64,000 nucleotides of DNA, from positions 100,068,001 to 100,132,000 of the forward strand of contig CM097885.1 in NCBI GenBank assembly GCA_044892525.1. The letters run 5' to 3'. This stretch comes from Schmidtea polychroa (taxonomy: Eukaryota). A model generated the notes under the pieces. It was not told where the DNA came from, did not search any database, and saw only the letters and a program-made list of their open reading frames with translations. The position numbers and the translations under genes are program-made. Of this stretch, positions 48,221 through 61,286 are shown one piece after another; position 1 is the stretch's first letter; every line of letters starts with the position of its first letter.

Positions 48221-49592
48221 AAAAATTTTTTTCGTCCTCGAAATATGTTTTGATGTGTTTTTGGTATTATTATTATTATTTATTTATTTTTGTTTTTGCT
48301 GTTGTTCTTTTCGTTGTTCTTATCATCTAATAAAAATTTCACTTAATTATTTAACTTTAATAAATATTTTCTTTCATTTATATAGACTTTATATATAATT
48401 ATTTTAAAATGGATTAGTCGCAATATAATTTACAGAATATACGTAAAAGGCATTCATCAAAAATTCCATAACTCTAATTTGAAAATGGTATTTCTATTAT
48501 TTTTCTACAAATAAAGATTAATTAATTTTCCATGATGTGACAAGAAATCAATGATATCACTAGTGGAGAAATCGTTTCAAGAGCTCAATTGATTGGTTAA
48601 ATAATTATCTCAATTTTACATAAATTTTTCATTTTGAATTTTAAAAGTCTAATGAATTTTTTTTTTAAAAAACTAAAACTTGATATTTATAAAATATTGC
48701 TTAGGTATTAAGTATTGTTAACATTGAATTAACTCGAAATGATCTAATGTAAGTTTTGTTGATTAAATTTAAATCTTTTTTATTTTAGATATTATTGGTT
48801 TTTTTTTAAAACTCGTTTCAATGAATATATGACGTCTTTTGTTTGATAAAATTTTTTATACGAAACATTTATTTTTCAATGAATTTCATAAAACATTGTA
48901 AAAATATTTTGTCAATTTATATTTGGATTAAAATTATCAATGTATAATCAATCTTGAAATTGTTACTAGATGATAACAAATAATTTTATATGATGATTAG
49001 GAATATTATTATTAGTAGTAGCATTATTACCATTAATTTTTTATCACCCTTATTTTTATTGCTATTACCGTCATTATTATTATGTCATTAAAATAATTAT
49101 CTTTATCCTCTATCAATATTCACTTTTTATTTATTGTATTGCCGCCAAGAAAAGTCAAGCTGTTTGTTTATAACCTATCAATGTCAAAGTGTTGCTCTAA
49201 TGTTTGGAAACCCTTGCTGATAATAAAATTATCCCGATTTTGTTTCCATGATAACAATTGAATTATTAATGATCATTATATTGTGTCATCACTGAAATAA
49301 TTTGGCAATTATTATTTATTTATTTTTTTTTCATTGATTTATTTTATTTTGAACTTTGTTTTATTGATGTGCTATAATTAATTCACTACAGCCTTTTCCA
49401 CAGCATGGTAAAAAGTTCAACCACTTTTTAATCTATTCGTTAAGTCTCCTACCGCACCGACCGACTCATAATATCACTTTGTTTACTCCCCATGATAAGC
49501 ACTAGCGGTGTCACCAATTGTCGGTATTCCATTTTTATCTTTCCGCCTGATAAAAAATCTGCGATGAACATTAATATTCCGAATATCTAGAT

Positions 49593-49943
49593 CAGTGTTT
49601 CCCAACCTTTTTTAGCTCATGTCCCCCCTAGCTGAATTATTTTTTCTTTTGCCCCCCCCCTATGCAAAACATTTTACAGAAAAACATTTTAATGAAACAT
49701 TTTAATGAAAAGAATAATTTTTCGATCTATAATAAAAAGACATAAATCTAAATAAGAATTGGATATTAAAATTTCGTAGACTATTCTCGAATTTTACTGA
49801 AGAAAATAAAGAAAACGTAACCCAAACCTAAAATTAACATATAATCCCTAAAATTGAAATTGCCCCCCTGGAAATACAAATTGCCCTCCTGGAAATCGAA
49901 ATTGCCCCCAAGTGGGGCGTGGGCCCCACGTTGGGAAACACTG
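49593..49943. mobile_element. 351-bp hAT MITE nested in the Gypsy 3' region
   Basis: TIR CAGTGTTTCCCAAC; 8-bp TSD ATCTAGAT. Confidence 0.95.
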
Positions 49944-51471
49944 ATCTAGATGAATATTTAATTATCCTGCGGTTAATTAACTACCATAATTAACTACCCT
50001 GTGGTTTCTTAACGTAGCCTATACTGATAAGCTTTCTAATTAATTACCCTGTGGTTTGTTAACGTAGCCTGTACTGATAAGCGTCCTATATAAGTTTCTG
50101 CTTTACCAGTTCTCATTAGTTTTGTCTTACCAATCTTTAAGTAAGCATTTTATATTTTATTTCTTTTTCATATTTTTTTTTGCTTTTTAGTAACACCATC
50201 CCTCAAATAATATGGACGTAAGTGATTGCTTGTTTTTTTTTATTTATTGTGATTTTTTACCATGCTGTCCTCAACTATTAGTAATGCGTTCCCTCATAGC
50301 AACCGAACATTTGCAATCGCTGTCCAGGGTAGCCAAACCCCGGTGATTGCAAGTGCTCATGTTGCTTATTAAATTAACTTATTTACTTTTTAATTTTAGT
50401 TCATTAATTTGTTTATGCAACTACCTATACCACACTCATGTTTTGGGCAATATATTTTTCATTTTCATTTTGTATTCACAATAAAAGCAAACCTCTAATT
50501 ACACCTACTCGTATTTACTAATGATTGCGTTTGCATTTTCATAACAATTTTAGCCGTATTTATACTTATTTATTTATTACGTAATTCTTAAAAATCAATT
50601 ACTTCTCTGCACTAACTATTTATCGAGGGCGCCATGGTACGGAATTTTACATAGTATTTGTTTCATTTTTTTTCAGCTATTACTATTTTAGGCTGTCACA
50701 GAACCTAAGTTTGAACATTTCGATGTTATGGAATGGTTATTTGACTGACATGCTAACAGGTTTTTTAATTTCTTTTTCAGGGTCCCTTTACCACCGCGTC
50801 GAAAGGGATTGAAACGTACCTTTGACTGTGTGGATACAGGCAGTAGGCTCGAAAGACGCCCGCCTTGCAATATACGCAAGGAATGGGACTGCGGCATCCA
50901 AAGTCCCGTTCTGCTGGACTCCGATGATGAATAGAACTTTGTGAATAAATGTTCAGCATACATTTGTTTTTATTTTTTTTTGGACAGTATATCTATTGAG
51001 ATATCCGATCTACCTCTCTTAATTTATGCTAGAAAGGGTGGGGTAATTGTGTCCCTCTTCGTGATTAGTCTTTGTTCCTACTAATATGAAATTATTCCTT
51101 ACTTACTAATATTTATTGGTTATAATTTTGTTCTCTCGCCCCAGTAGGTTACCCATGGCTATTCAGTTATGCTAGTTCATTAATTACTAATCAGCCATTT
51201 AATGTTATTTATTTATAGTATTTATTTAAGGTAGTCGTTTCTTTATTTCCAACGTTTATTTAAGTTATTTGTTCTCTATTTGCTCGTTTTACTTTGTTTA
51301 TTTTTATCTATTATTTATTTATTCAATTTATCACTTGCTAATTATTTATTTATATCAATTTGTTAATTGTTTATTCATTTGATTATTTATTTGTTAATTT
51401 ACTTATATTTATTTAAACTTTTTTCGAGGACGAAAGAAACACAAACAGGGTCCGTTTAAATAATTTATTTT

Positions 51472-51717
51472 TTAGTATAATTGATCTATCTCACCCTCAT
51501 CTTCCGATTCCTCTATTTCTTCTACTCTCATCCGAAACATCGCGAAATCAGCTTCGTGTTGAAACAATAAGATTTCCATACGATCCAACCGCCTTTTCAG
51601 ACGGAAGTTTTCTTCCTCCAAATCTGTTATTCTGCCCTGCATACTACGAAACTTCTGCTTCAGTTCTTGCGTATTTGTTTTACACTCTTTGCATGACATC
51701 TCCGAGGCTTCTTGCAT
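51472..51717 (-). CDS. 81-aa accessory ORF of the Gypsy: CxxC, coiled coil, acidic tail
   Basis: MSCKECKTNTQELKQKFRSMQGRITDLEEENFRLKRRLDRME; sense to the element. Confidence 0.5.
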   Translation of the reverse strand: MQEASEMSCKECKTNTQELKQKFRSMQGRITDLEEENFRLKRRLDRMEILLFQHEADFAMFRMRVEEIEESEDEGEIDQLY

Positions 51718-51898
51718 TTTCTGAAATTAAATGATAGTCATTTTTTTATGTATCACTCTATTCGCAAAGGATCAACACCTCGCTTTGAATCCTATCAAAC
51801 AAATTACACAGTTCATCCTATGGTACTTATAAAACATGCACATTGTTGATATAATGTAATATATTTTTATACACTATTTATAGCATGCAGATCACAAT

Positions 51899-53064
51899 TT
51901 ATAGTCTTGTTTCATAATATGAATATGATGGTGGTTGAACGATAGTTAGTTGTCTCTCTTTTACACATATCAAGATGGTGATGGTTATGAATGTTATTGA
52001 TAAGATGAGAAAATCTGTTATTAAAATGTAAATGAGATATTCACAATAGTTGACTGTCAAATCCGAATTTGTCATCATTAGTTTATTTGAGTTAGGTTTT
52101 GTCGTCTCTTGGGTTGGTAATTGGAAAGGTGATGTGGTTGTATATGATTTTCGTTTCGATTCATTGATTGTCTTGACTTCCACGAAAACTGTTTGCCATC
52201 TGCCTGGTTCGGTTATCCATCGCTGATATTTAACTGTTAATTCCCATGCCGTCTCTAAATCAGAAGTGTAAAGTGTAAAAAAATGATTACCGGCATCTAA
52301 TATAGTCAGTGTTTTTTGTTTGTAGATATTAACAACTCTTTCATCATTTCCTGATTTTCTATATATCGTTACCGGTCCATTTCCAACACTCAGGGTTATA
52401 CGATTTGACTCGTCTCTGAGATAGATAGACTGGGTCTAACTCTTAAATCGTGACCATTGGTTCCTCACTACCGTTCCATTTTCGAGGCATATGTTCTCGT
52501 AGTAGTTTGCATTAATTGAATAATTTTGATTCATTTTCAGTTTCTCAAAGCGGACAAATGATTTTCGCGAGTTAAGGGTGTCGACATTTAACCCTTGAAA
52601 TGTGATTCGCACTTTCACCAAGTCCACTGGCTTCCAATATATATATTGATTCCGTTTATCTCTGGCTCTATTTCGATCAAGTTTCGCATCTCTTTTGTGT
52701 GGACTTCTATCGGAATTTGCGTGTACCACTTTGACATGTTCTGTCTCAACAGCCATTGGTATTTGAAATTTGGCTTTAACTTTCGTACCGCAAAAATATC
52801 TTTATCATAATTCAGTTCTACCACTGGTGCCTTATTGTCTAGTAAATTAATAATTTCTATTTGGTCTGCGATCTCGCATTTACAGCTCCATACTATATTT
52901 GTTAGAGTGGAATATATATGTATTTTCTCCATTCCTCGGATTTTGTTTACCGCATATGGTAAGTCGATCTTTTTGCCGCTCGCGACTGTTACTAACATCA
53001 GCGTTATTGCTACATATAATATCTTATTGATGTAGCTGACTGGTGTTGGATTTTTCGTGCATTT
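51899..53064 (-). pseudogene. Type I membrane protein: signal peptide, FN3-like repeats, S/T stalk, TM, PPxY + PDZ tail (one frameshift at ~52645, one TAG at 52436..52438)
   Basis: KILYVAITLMLVTVASG; NIVW...RKLKPNFKYQWLLRQN; MRNL...INIY/WKP...EKLKMNQNYSINA; YLIYILITDFLILSITFITITILICV; QPPSYSYYETRL*. Confidence 0.7.
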
Positions 53065-54024
53065 CTATTTCAATTTTGTTTGACCCGTTACTTTATTCTG
53101 CTTGGATCTTAAGGGGTATCTAGATTCATCTTCCTCTAGCACTAGTTTACATCGATTTGCATGCACAATCATCGGGTTAGCCTTTTTACTCCTGAATGAT
53201 AATAACTTCAAATTGGTTTCGGTGGTGTCGCACACTTTATAGGATCCTTTAAATGGTCTTTGCAATTTAGGCGATAAACCTTTGAGAGGTTCCGGTCTGT
53301 TAAGATATACTAGATCTCCAATCTTTATGCCATGCGCATGTGCTTTTTTATCGTAGGTTTCTTTATATTTCTCCTGGTTGTGCTTTATTGTCAAACCGGC
53401 TTTAGTCCATACTGACTGCATTCTTTCTTGCATCATTGCTTTATAATCGGGTATCTCCATATATTGTGAAATTGGTGGTTGGAATTTGAGATCAATCGGC
53501 ATATTATTTTTCCTTAAATACATCAAATAAAAAGGGGTCTCTCCTGTACTTTGATTTACTGCATTTCTGTAGGCAAATAGACACGGCTTTATGAAGTCGT
53601 CCCAATCTTTCTGTTTTCGGTTCACATATGATGAGATCATATTTATCAGTGTCCCATTAAATCGTTCCACTAATCCATCCGTTTGTGGATGATATGGTGA
53701 CGTATTCAATTTCCAAATTCCAAATAGGTCTGTGATTGATTTGAACATTTCGCTTTGAAAGTTCTTTCCTTGATCAGTTAACAATTTCTTTGGAGTACCA
53801 TAGCGAAATATTATGTTTTCCACAAATATTCTAGCAATCGTGTCGGCTTTTTGGTTTGGAATAGCGTATGCTTCTGGCCATTTGGTAAAGTAGTCACAAA
53901 AAACAACAATGTATTTGTTTCCTTTTGTTGTTTCCGGTAATGGTCCCAGAATATCCATTGCCGTCATCTCCATCGGTGCTGCAGGTACTGGCATCGGTTT
54001 TAATGGTACTTTAATCTTTTTTTT
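53065..54024 (-). CDS. Gypsy integrase core and GPY/F region
   Basis: AMDILGPLP, LLTDQGKNF, DGLVERFNGTL (D,D-35-E), KLQRPFKGSYKV. Confidence 0.95.
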   Translation of the reverse strand, partial: KKKIKVPLKPMPVPAAPMEMTAMDILGPLPETTKGNKYIVVFCDYFTKWPEAYAIPNQKADTIARIFVENIIFRYGTPKKLLTDQGKNFQSEMFKSITDLFGIWKLNTSPYHPQTDGLVERFNGTLINMISSYVNRKQKDWDDFIKPCLFAYRNAVNQSTGETPFYLMYLRKNNMPIDLKFQPPISQYMEIPDYKAMMQERMQSVWTKAGLTIKHNQEKYKETYDKKAHAHGIKIGDLVYLNRPEPLKGLSPKLQRPFKGSYKVCDTTETNLKLLSFRSKKANPMIVHANRCKLVLEEDESRYPLRSKQNKVTGQTKLK

Positions 54025-55595
54025 TTAACTTTTACACCAATTTTTCACGTCTTGTTCCATTGTTGGCCAAAAGTATTTCAATTTTAATCTTGATAGCGTC
54101 TTGCGCGTTGACAAATGACCTCCCAACGCTCCATCATGATACTGCATCAGTAATGCGTCTCTGTGCTTGGCTGGTATAATAATTAATGCTTCCCCATTTT
54201 TCCAACATTTAAGTATTCCATTATGAATTACATATTTGCTGTTTGCATCTGTGAGTCGTTTCCAGTCTTGTTCTTTTCTTATTTTGACCGCTTGTTCCAT
54301 AAATTGTTTTAATTCACTATCGTTTTCCTGATCATTTTGAAGTTCAGACATATCATTAACTGCTTTGATTGCAGCGAATATAGTGCCTTCCAAATTTTCA
54401 GGTGTCCCTTCACTATCATTTTCTGGGATTCTTGACATTGCATCTGCATTCGCGTTAGCTTTACCTGTCAGATATTTAATCTCAAAGTCGTATTCTTGGA
54501 GGGCAATCGACCATCGTATTAACTTACTGGCTGAATGTCTGTGTTTCATTATGATCTGTATAAACAGTAAATTTTCTGCCCAATAAATATTGTCTAAAAG
54601 TAGTAATTCCATACACTAACGCTAACGTTTCCTTTTCAATCGTTGAGTAGTTTTTCTCGTGAGGCCTCAGTGATCGGCTTGCGTATGCTATTACGTGGTC
54701 CTTTTCACCTTCAAATTTTTGTCCCAACACCGCACCCAATGCAACGTTGCTTGCATCCGTCATCAAGATAAATTGTTTTGTAAAATCTGGACATCTTAAT
54801 ATAGGAGTTGTCACTAATTTCTCTTTTAATGTATTGAAAGCGTTTTGTTGCATTTGTCCCCAAATAAATTTATTGTTTTTCTTTAGTAACGTATTCAATG
54901 GTTGTGCGATATGAGAGAAATCTTTTATAAATTTCCTGTAATAGCTCGCCAAACCAAAAAATTGTCTAACCTCATCGGCATCTTTTGGTACTGGGTACTC
55001 TTCCACTTTTTTGATGTTATCTGGGTTAGTTTGTAACTCTCGCCGTGATATTATATGTCCTACATAAATCACTTCTGCTTTGCCCCATTCACATTTCGAT
55101 GGTTTGATTTTTAATTTTGCACTTTTGAGCCGTTTAAATACAGTTTCTACATCTTTCAGGTGTTCTTCAAAATCATTTGAAAATATTATTATATCGTCGA
55201 TATATACCAATGCATGTCGAATACCTCGTAGCACATAATTCATTCCTCGTTGGAATGTAGCTGGGGCTCCTGTTAATCCAAATGGTAACACATTGAACTC
55301 ATACAGTCCTTTGCCATCCGAGAACGCCGTCTTTCCTCTATCTTCCTCTTTTACTCTAAATTGATTGTACCCTTTGTTTAAATCAATAACAGTGAAATAT
55401 CGTGCCTCTCCCATTTGATTGAACATTTCTTGGGGTACCGGAATTGGATAAGTGTCTTTCCTCGTAACTTGATTTAGCTTCCAATAATCTACGCAAAATC
55501 GTAAGTCTCCATCTTTTTTCTTAACTATCACTATTGATGAGGAGAATGGTGACGCACTATCTCGAATTATTCCAAATTCCTTCATTGCTGTAATC
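54025..55595 (-). pseudogene. Gypsy RT, RNase H and integrase zinc-finger region (small deletions at ~54545 and ~54025)
   Basis: LRFCVDY, VIDLNKGYNQ, PFGLTGAPATFQR, VYIDDIIIF, LMTDAS...GAVLGQ, YSTIEKETLA, YTDH, KLIRWSIALQEY, YHDGALGGH. Confidence 0.95.
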
Positions 55596-58114
55596 CAATG
55601 GTTCCCAACCCGTGGCCCGCCGGGCAACAAAAAAATGCCCTCTCCTCAACAAAGAAAACTAAGAAAAAATTCACATTCACACCTTCTTTGGGAAAGGTTT
55701 GTCTTGAACTTCGTTTAAAACCATGATAAAACCATGATAAAACCAGATGCCAATTTAATAATAAAAGAACTGTGTATCGATTAATTTTGCTTGGTTTTCA
55801 TCAATAATCTGATTTTATTTCAATCTTCTGATTTTTTTTATAAATTCTTTTAATTATCTAATTTGGTTAAAAAACGAGCTCGGAATTTAAAATCATGGAT
55901 AAAAGAAAGTTTGAACAAAATAAAAACTTAGCATGTCGTGAATTTAATGACGAGTGGAAAGATAGGTATATGTTTGCTCTTTGTCGTAACGGAAAGCCGG
56001 TCTGCTTGGTTTGTGGATTTAGCGTTTCAGTTGTAAAGAAATATAATATGGAAAGACATTTCAACAGTAGCCATGCAGATTTGGTCGATAAATATCCAAT
56101 GGCCTCTGATTTACGAAGGGAATTTATCGCCAAGAAGGAGAAAGGAATGAATGTCCAACAATCCTTATTTACTGCTATACTACAGCAAAACAAAAGTATT
56201 GTAATTGCATCGTATGAAGTGGCACTTCTTTTGGCAAAGAAGAAGAAACCCTTTACTGATGGAGAAGAGATTGTGAAGCCAGTTCTTGAAATAGCCGCCA
56301 GAATGCTAGGAGAAAAAAACATTGAAGCCAAGTTTAAAGATATTCCACTATCGAACAATACAATGAAAAGACGGGTTGAGGAACTTTCTAATAACGTTAG
56401 TGAGCAAATTGCATTTCACGCATCAAACTGCAAGTTTTTCTCACTTGCAATGGACGAGTCAACTGACATTAGCGATACCGCACAGGTAACAATTTTTATT
56501 CGCGCGGTGAGTAATACTTTCGAGGTTATCGAAGAGCTGCTTGGACTTGAGTCCATACAAGGGACAACCAAAGGCACAGATTTGTTTGAGGTTTTAAAAT
56601 CATGCGCAGAAAAAAATAAATTGGATTGGAAAAGGTTGGATAGCATTTGCACAGATGGTGCATCAGCTCTAACAGGCAGGCATATAGGATGTTTGTCTTT
56701 GCTCGAAAAATTTCTTGCTCGTCCACTTTTAAATTATCACTGCATTATTCACCAGGAGTCGCTTTGTGGGAAATCCATGAATATGAAGCACGTTATGGAT
56801 GTAGTAGTGAAGTGTGTGAACAAAATCCGTGCAAAATCATTGCATAGGCGAGAATTTAGACAGTTTATTTCAGAATTAGATGCTGAATATGGTGAACTTC
56901 TTCTGCACTGTGAGGTCAGATGGTTGTCAAAAGGTAAAGTTCTGTCGCGATTCTGGGATTTAAAAGGAAGTATTTTGGAATTTTTGGCGGAAATTAATGA
57001 GTTGCCTATAGAACGTGAATATCTTTCAAATAATGAATGGCTGAATGATTTAGCATTCTTGGTGGACATTACAGGGCATCTCAACAATCTAAATTTGAAG
57101 TTGCAAGCAAGTAACAATCTGTTTGCAAATCTGTGTAACTGTATTGCTTCTTTCAAAATGAAATTACAATTATTTGCCAATCAGTTATCCAAAAAAAATT
57201 GGACAATTTTCAACACATGAAAGAAAGGATGACAGGTAATGACTTTGATGAAGACAAATATAGGTGTATGGTTGTCGAACTTTTGACAGCTTTTCAGTCA
57301 CGATTCAGTGAATTTGCAGATCAGTCTGAAAATATGGCTCTTTTTACCAATCCTTTCAACTTTCCAGACAAAAGGATCAACTGCCTAGATGAGAATTTGC
57401 AACTTGAAATTATAGATCTGAAGTGTAACTCAGTTTTGAAAAGTCGATTCGCGAGCTTCCGGTTATTCCAACTGCAGATGATATGATATCATTTTGGAAC
57501 CTGCTCCCAGAGAGTGACTTTGAACATATGCGATTTTTTGCACAACGTTATGTTTGTCGTTTTGGTAGCACATACAGATGCGAGCAGTCATTTTCTGCAA
57601 TGAAATTGATTAAAAGCAAGAATCGTTCACGCCTTACTGATTCGAACTTGAATGGACTTATGATTCTGGCAACAACTAAACTTCAACCTGACATTGAAAA
57701 ACTGGCTTCTAGTATTCAGCCACAAAATTCACATTAAATCCAAATGCCTGTGAATATTTTTATTGAAATTATAAATATATTTTAACTATGATAATGATTT
57801 ATTTCGAAAATCACTATCTCTGGACTTTATTGGTGTTTTATTTAATTCACAATTTCTTTATAAAAGTTAAAAACCAATATTTATCTCTGTAAATTAATTT
57901 ACTAAACTAAAGTTACTAATCAGTAATTTGCCAATTGTAAAATATTATTGTAAATTATGTCATATAAAAAAAGTATCTTGGTTTTTTTCATCTAGGGTAT
58001 TAACTCACAATAAGGTTTCTTTTTCGCCGTTTTTTGTTGTTTTAAAAATTTTGGCCCTTCGTGTCCTCCACCTAAACAAAGTGGCCCTAGGCCAAAATAG
58101 GTTGGGAACCACTG
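55596..58114 (+). mobile_element. hAT DNA transposon (SPIN/Buster/GTF2IRD2-like), 2519 bp, inserted in the Gypsy RT
   Basis: TIR CA(A/G)TGGTTCCCAACC; 8-bp TSD CTGTAATC at 55588..55595 and 58115..58122. Confidence 0.97.
55895..57737 (+). pseudogene. hAT transposase with two frameshifts (~57210, ~57485)
   Basis: BED-like CLVC...RHFNSSH; FSLAMDESTD, TDGA, HCIIHQESLC, CEVRWLS, GSTYRCEQSFS. Confidence 0.93.
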
Positions 58115-61100
58115 CTGTAATCTGTCTATCACTTTCGTCTTGATGAACGTAGGGGGTTCTGTATGGCTTTATTTTTATTGGAGTTTCGTCTAATAACTGT
58201 ATTTCATGCTCAATTACATTGGTTAAACCTAAATCATATTCGTGTTTGGCAAAGATATCCCGGTATTTTCTCAACAGTTTTGTGAATTCCTTTTTCTGCA
58301 TCTCATTTAAATCATTGCTTACCACTTCAGGCTCCTTATACACCTTGACGTTTCTTGGTATTTTACAATTTGTTTCAATAGACATTTTTGATAATTTTCC
58401 CAATTTTGTTTTTGGGTGTAGCTGAACCGGTTTCTTACTGCTATTCGTTATATGGACTGGTACTATCTGATTTTCCACTTGGACAATTTCGTCACATATC
58501 GGTAAATCATATTTTTCGACTAGCGTTTGATTTGGTTCGAATATAAAATCACCATTATCCACACTCATGGTATTTGCACAATATACCATCTCCGATTGTG
58601 GTGGTATTGTCAATGTCTGATTCACAAACACTTCACCTGCCCTGTGAATTATTTCTCCTGTTTCTCCTGCTATCAAATTACCTGTCTTTAAATCAAGTGA
58701 GACTCCGTCCAACTGCTCTAATATATCCATGCCGATCAGACATCGTACTGGACTTCCCTTCATTATGAGCGCATCGTGCGCTATTATTCGATCTCCAATA
58801 TGGAATATGACGTTAAGTTGTCCAATTATGTTTAATTCATTTTTTGATAATGACCTCACTATTTCGTCGGTAGGCTTTATTCGCATTTTTCCCTTCGCGT
58901 TTAGTACATTTTCCGATATTATTGTGTGACTAGATCCCGAATCAACCAAAGCTTCCACTTTATGTTTGTTCATTTGTATAAATATTCGGGGTTGCTTTCC
59001 TCTTTTTGTTAATGTCATCAATGAGTAGTTGCATGGTAAGTCTAACATATTTTTTCTCTCGATCTCTGCGCTAGAAGGCTCGATTCTCTCTCCTACCATT
59101 CCTTCACATTGTAATGCGATATTTTCCACTGGTTTCATCTCTCGTAATCGATCAACTGGATACACTGGTGCTGGTTGCATAAATGATTTTGGTATACACA
59201 ATTTTGTAAACGTGTCTACGCTACTCGCATTCAACAGTGGCTCTTTTAAGATTTGATAGGTTCTTAACGCTTCTTTATTCATTCCACTTAGTTCTTGACT
59301 GTCAACATATAACGGTGCACTATCACCCTCGTTGTCATTGTCATTATTCTCGTCCCTTGAAGGGGTTGTACTAGCGTAGCTCACCTTTTTCTTCTTTAAT
59401 ATTCGAGCCTTGAGTATCTCCAACTCCTGATATTGATGATGAGTAATGAAGAATCTAGCCAATAATGGTACGCAACCAATTACTAGTTTCCACGACCAAC
59501 CTGTGATCGCGTATAATCTGTGTGTTGACAGGACCTGCGATATTATCACTTTGATTACAACACATATTACATAAATTCCAATCAATCCGGCACACGCTTG
59601 TCCAATGAACATAAACTTTCCCCAGATCTTTTTCATTGTATTATACGTCGCTTTCTTGTAATGATCTGGAGTTAACAAATACTCGTAATTCACCTTCCCA
59701 CTTCCGCTTGGGAGAATTGTATCTACCATTTCCATTATTACTCTTTCTTTCTTTGATGGAAATAACAAGTTTCTGCGAGCTTCCCCAATGTCTTCGCTCG
59801 AGTAAATTCCACTTTGCGACAATTTTTCTAACGACGTAAAATTTACCAGATATTGTAATTCTGTCAATTCTAAGTTTTCCGGTGTCTTTACTTCTCGATG
59901 ATCTGGTAATGCAATCCAAGATTCTGGTGTTAGTCTGTATAGTGGTGCCAACAATCTATTGCACTGTAATACTTTCGGTTTCACGTCCTCTTCCAGTAAG
60001 ATTCGTGTTACAGGCTCCATAAATCGCAACTTTCCATTTAAATTCACTGGTAACTCGTTGGTGCATTGGTCATACTTTGTCAGTTTAACTGGTACCGCTT
60101 TACATTTATAGCTATATAGTACTTCACCGAAAATTTTGGCAAACACCCCATTTTCTGTAATTAACATTGGTGCTACCAAATTAGGATTGGTTATAGCCAT
60201 TGCCATCCGATTTCGGAGTATTTCTTTGTTGAGATTGCAATCATTTATAATAACTTCTCGGTACACATTTTCAACAGTATTTTGACCAAAGTGAAATAAA
60301 TAATCTATTTTGTTATTAAAGTAATTTGTCAACTTGATATCTCCGGCATGTATGTTTGTTTGGGCCTCTGTAATCATTTTCTGAGATACATATATACCTT
60401 TATAATTTGTCTCATAGACATTTTGTCCACACTTTGTTTAAGTTTCTTTTCTCAGGAATCGCATCCCATCTTCCTCCGAGGTTGACATTAACACTGTTGG
60501 AGTATCTTTCATCCGTAGAGGTGTGATTCTTGTTGTTGTACTCGTTGCTGGATCCATTCTTATTTTCTCAGGCTTTTCCCTGATCTGTTCTCCCGTTATT
60601 TCTTTAAAACTCATTGACTTCAATTGCACTAAATTGCACTTTTTGGTATCGACATCGTACACCAAGATTGATTCTCCTGTCTGACAGCTAGATTGTTTTA
60701 TGTTGCAGAATGGATGTGTTTGTAGTTTACCAGTATCATCATCAAATGATCCATCAAATTCTCTTAATTCTGACATGTACTCTTCCACAACCACGGCTTT
60801 GTCAATTATAGCATCGTCTACTTTGTATGGCTCTCCTTCGCAATCACCATTCGACTTTATTATCCCTCGCACGGTTACAGTCTCGCGGATTTTGTGGTTA
60901 AGCTTTGCTTGTAGTTTAATATCTGCATTGATTTTCAACTGTCCTGTTTGAAAGGCTGCCAAACAATTCTCTGGAATTATTTCTATCGGTCTAGGTATCG
61001 ATTGCATTTTCACCATCGATGAGTGGCTCCATTTTCCACAATAAAATACAAAAGTAGTTCGTTTCACTGTACACTCTCTCACCTTTGCTCGTCGAAACCC

Positions 61101-61286
61101 CGATTCTTGATATACATGATATTTTACTGAATTTGTCACTTTAAATGTTACTGTGTATGCATCTGAACACTCTGCTACGTTTACCAACGAATATACTCTT
61201 CCCATTTCGGTTTGGGAGCAGTCGTATGCTACCAATGAATTCGTCGTGTTTATTATTCCCAATAACATAATAATAGAAATCATCAA
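58115..61286 (-). pseudogene. Env-like chuvirus/gB-type glycoprotein fused in frame to aspartic protease and the start of RT (one TAA at 60438..60440)
   Basis: Signal peptide then LVAYDC...YQ...C...YCG..SH; GEVLYSYKC..V.V...CTNELPV...FMEPVTRIL...CN.LLAPLY; GIYS.ED; TM ~59615..59538; ALVDSGSSHT and CLIGMDIL. Confidence 0.85.

Noticed and set aside
50688-50963. Overlapping small ORFs (basic tail; CxxC) in the Gypsy 3' region
   Set aside because: Two competing short frames, neither convincing without cross-copy conservation.
51899-51930. Functional link between the element's PPxY motif and the neighbouring TEAD/YAP pathway gene
   Set aside because: Proximity of a mobile copy is not evidence; a Nedd4-type late-domain role is more parsimonious.
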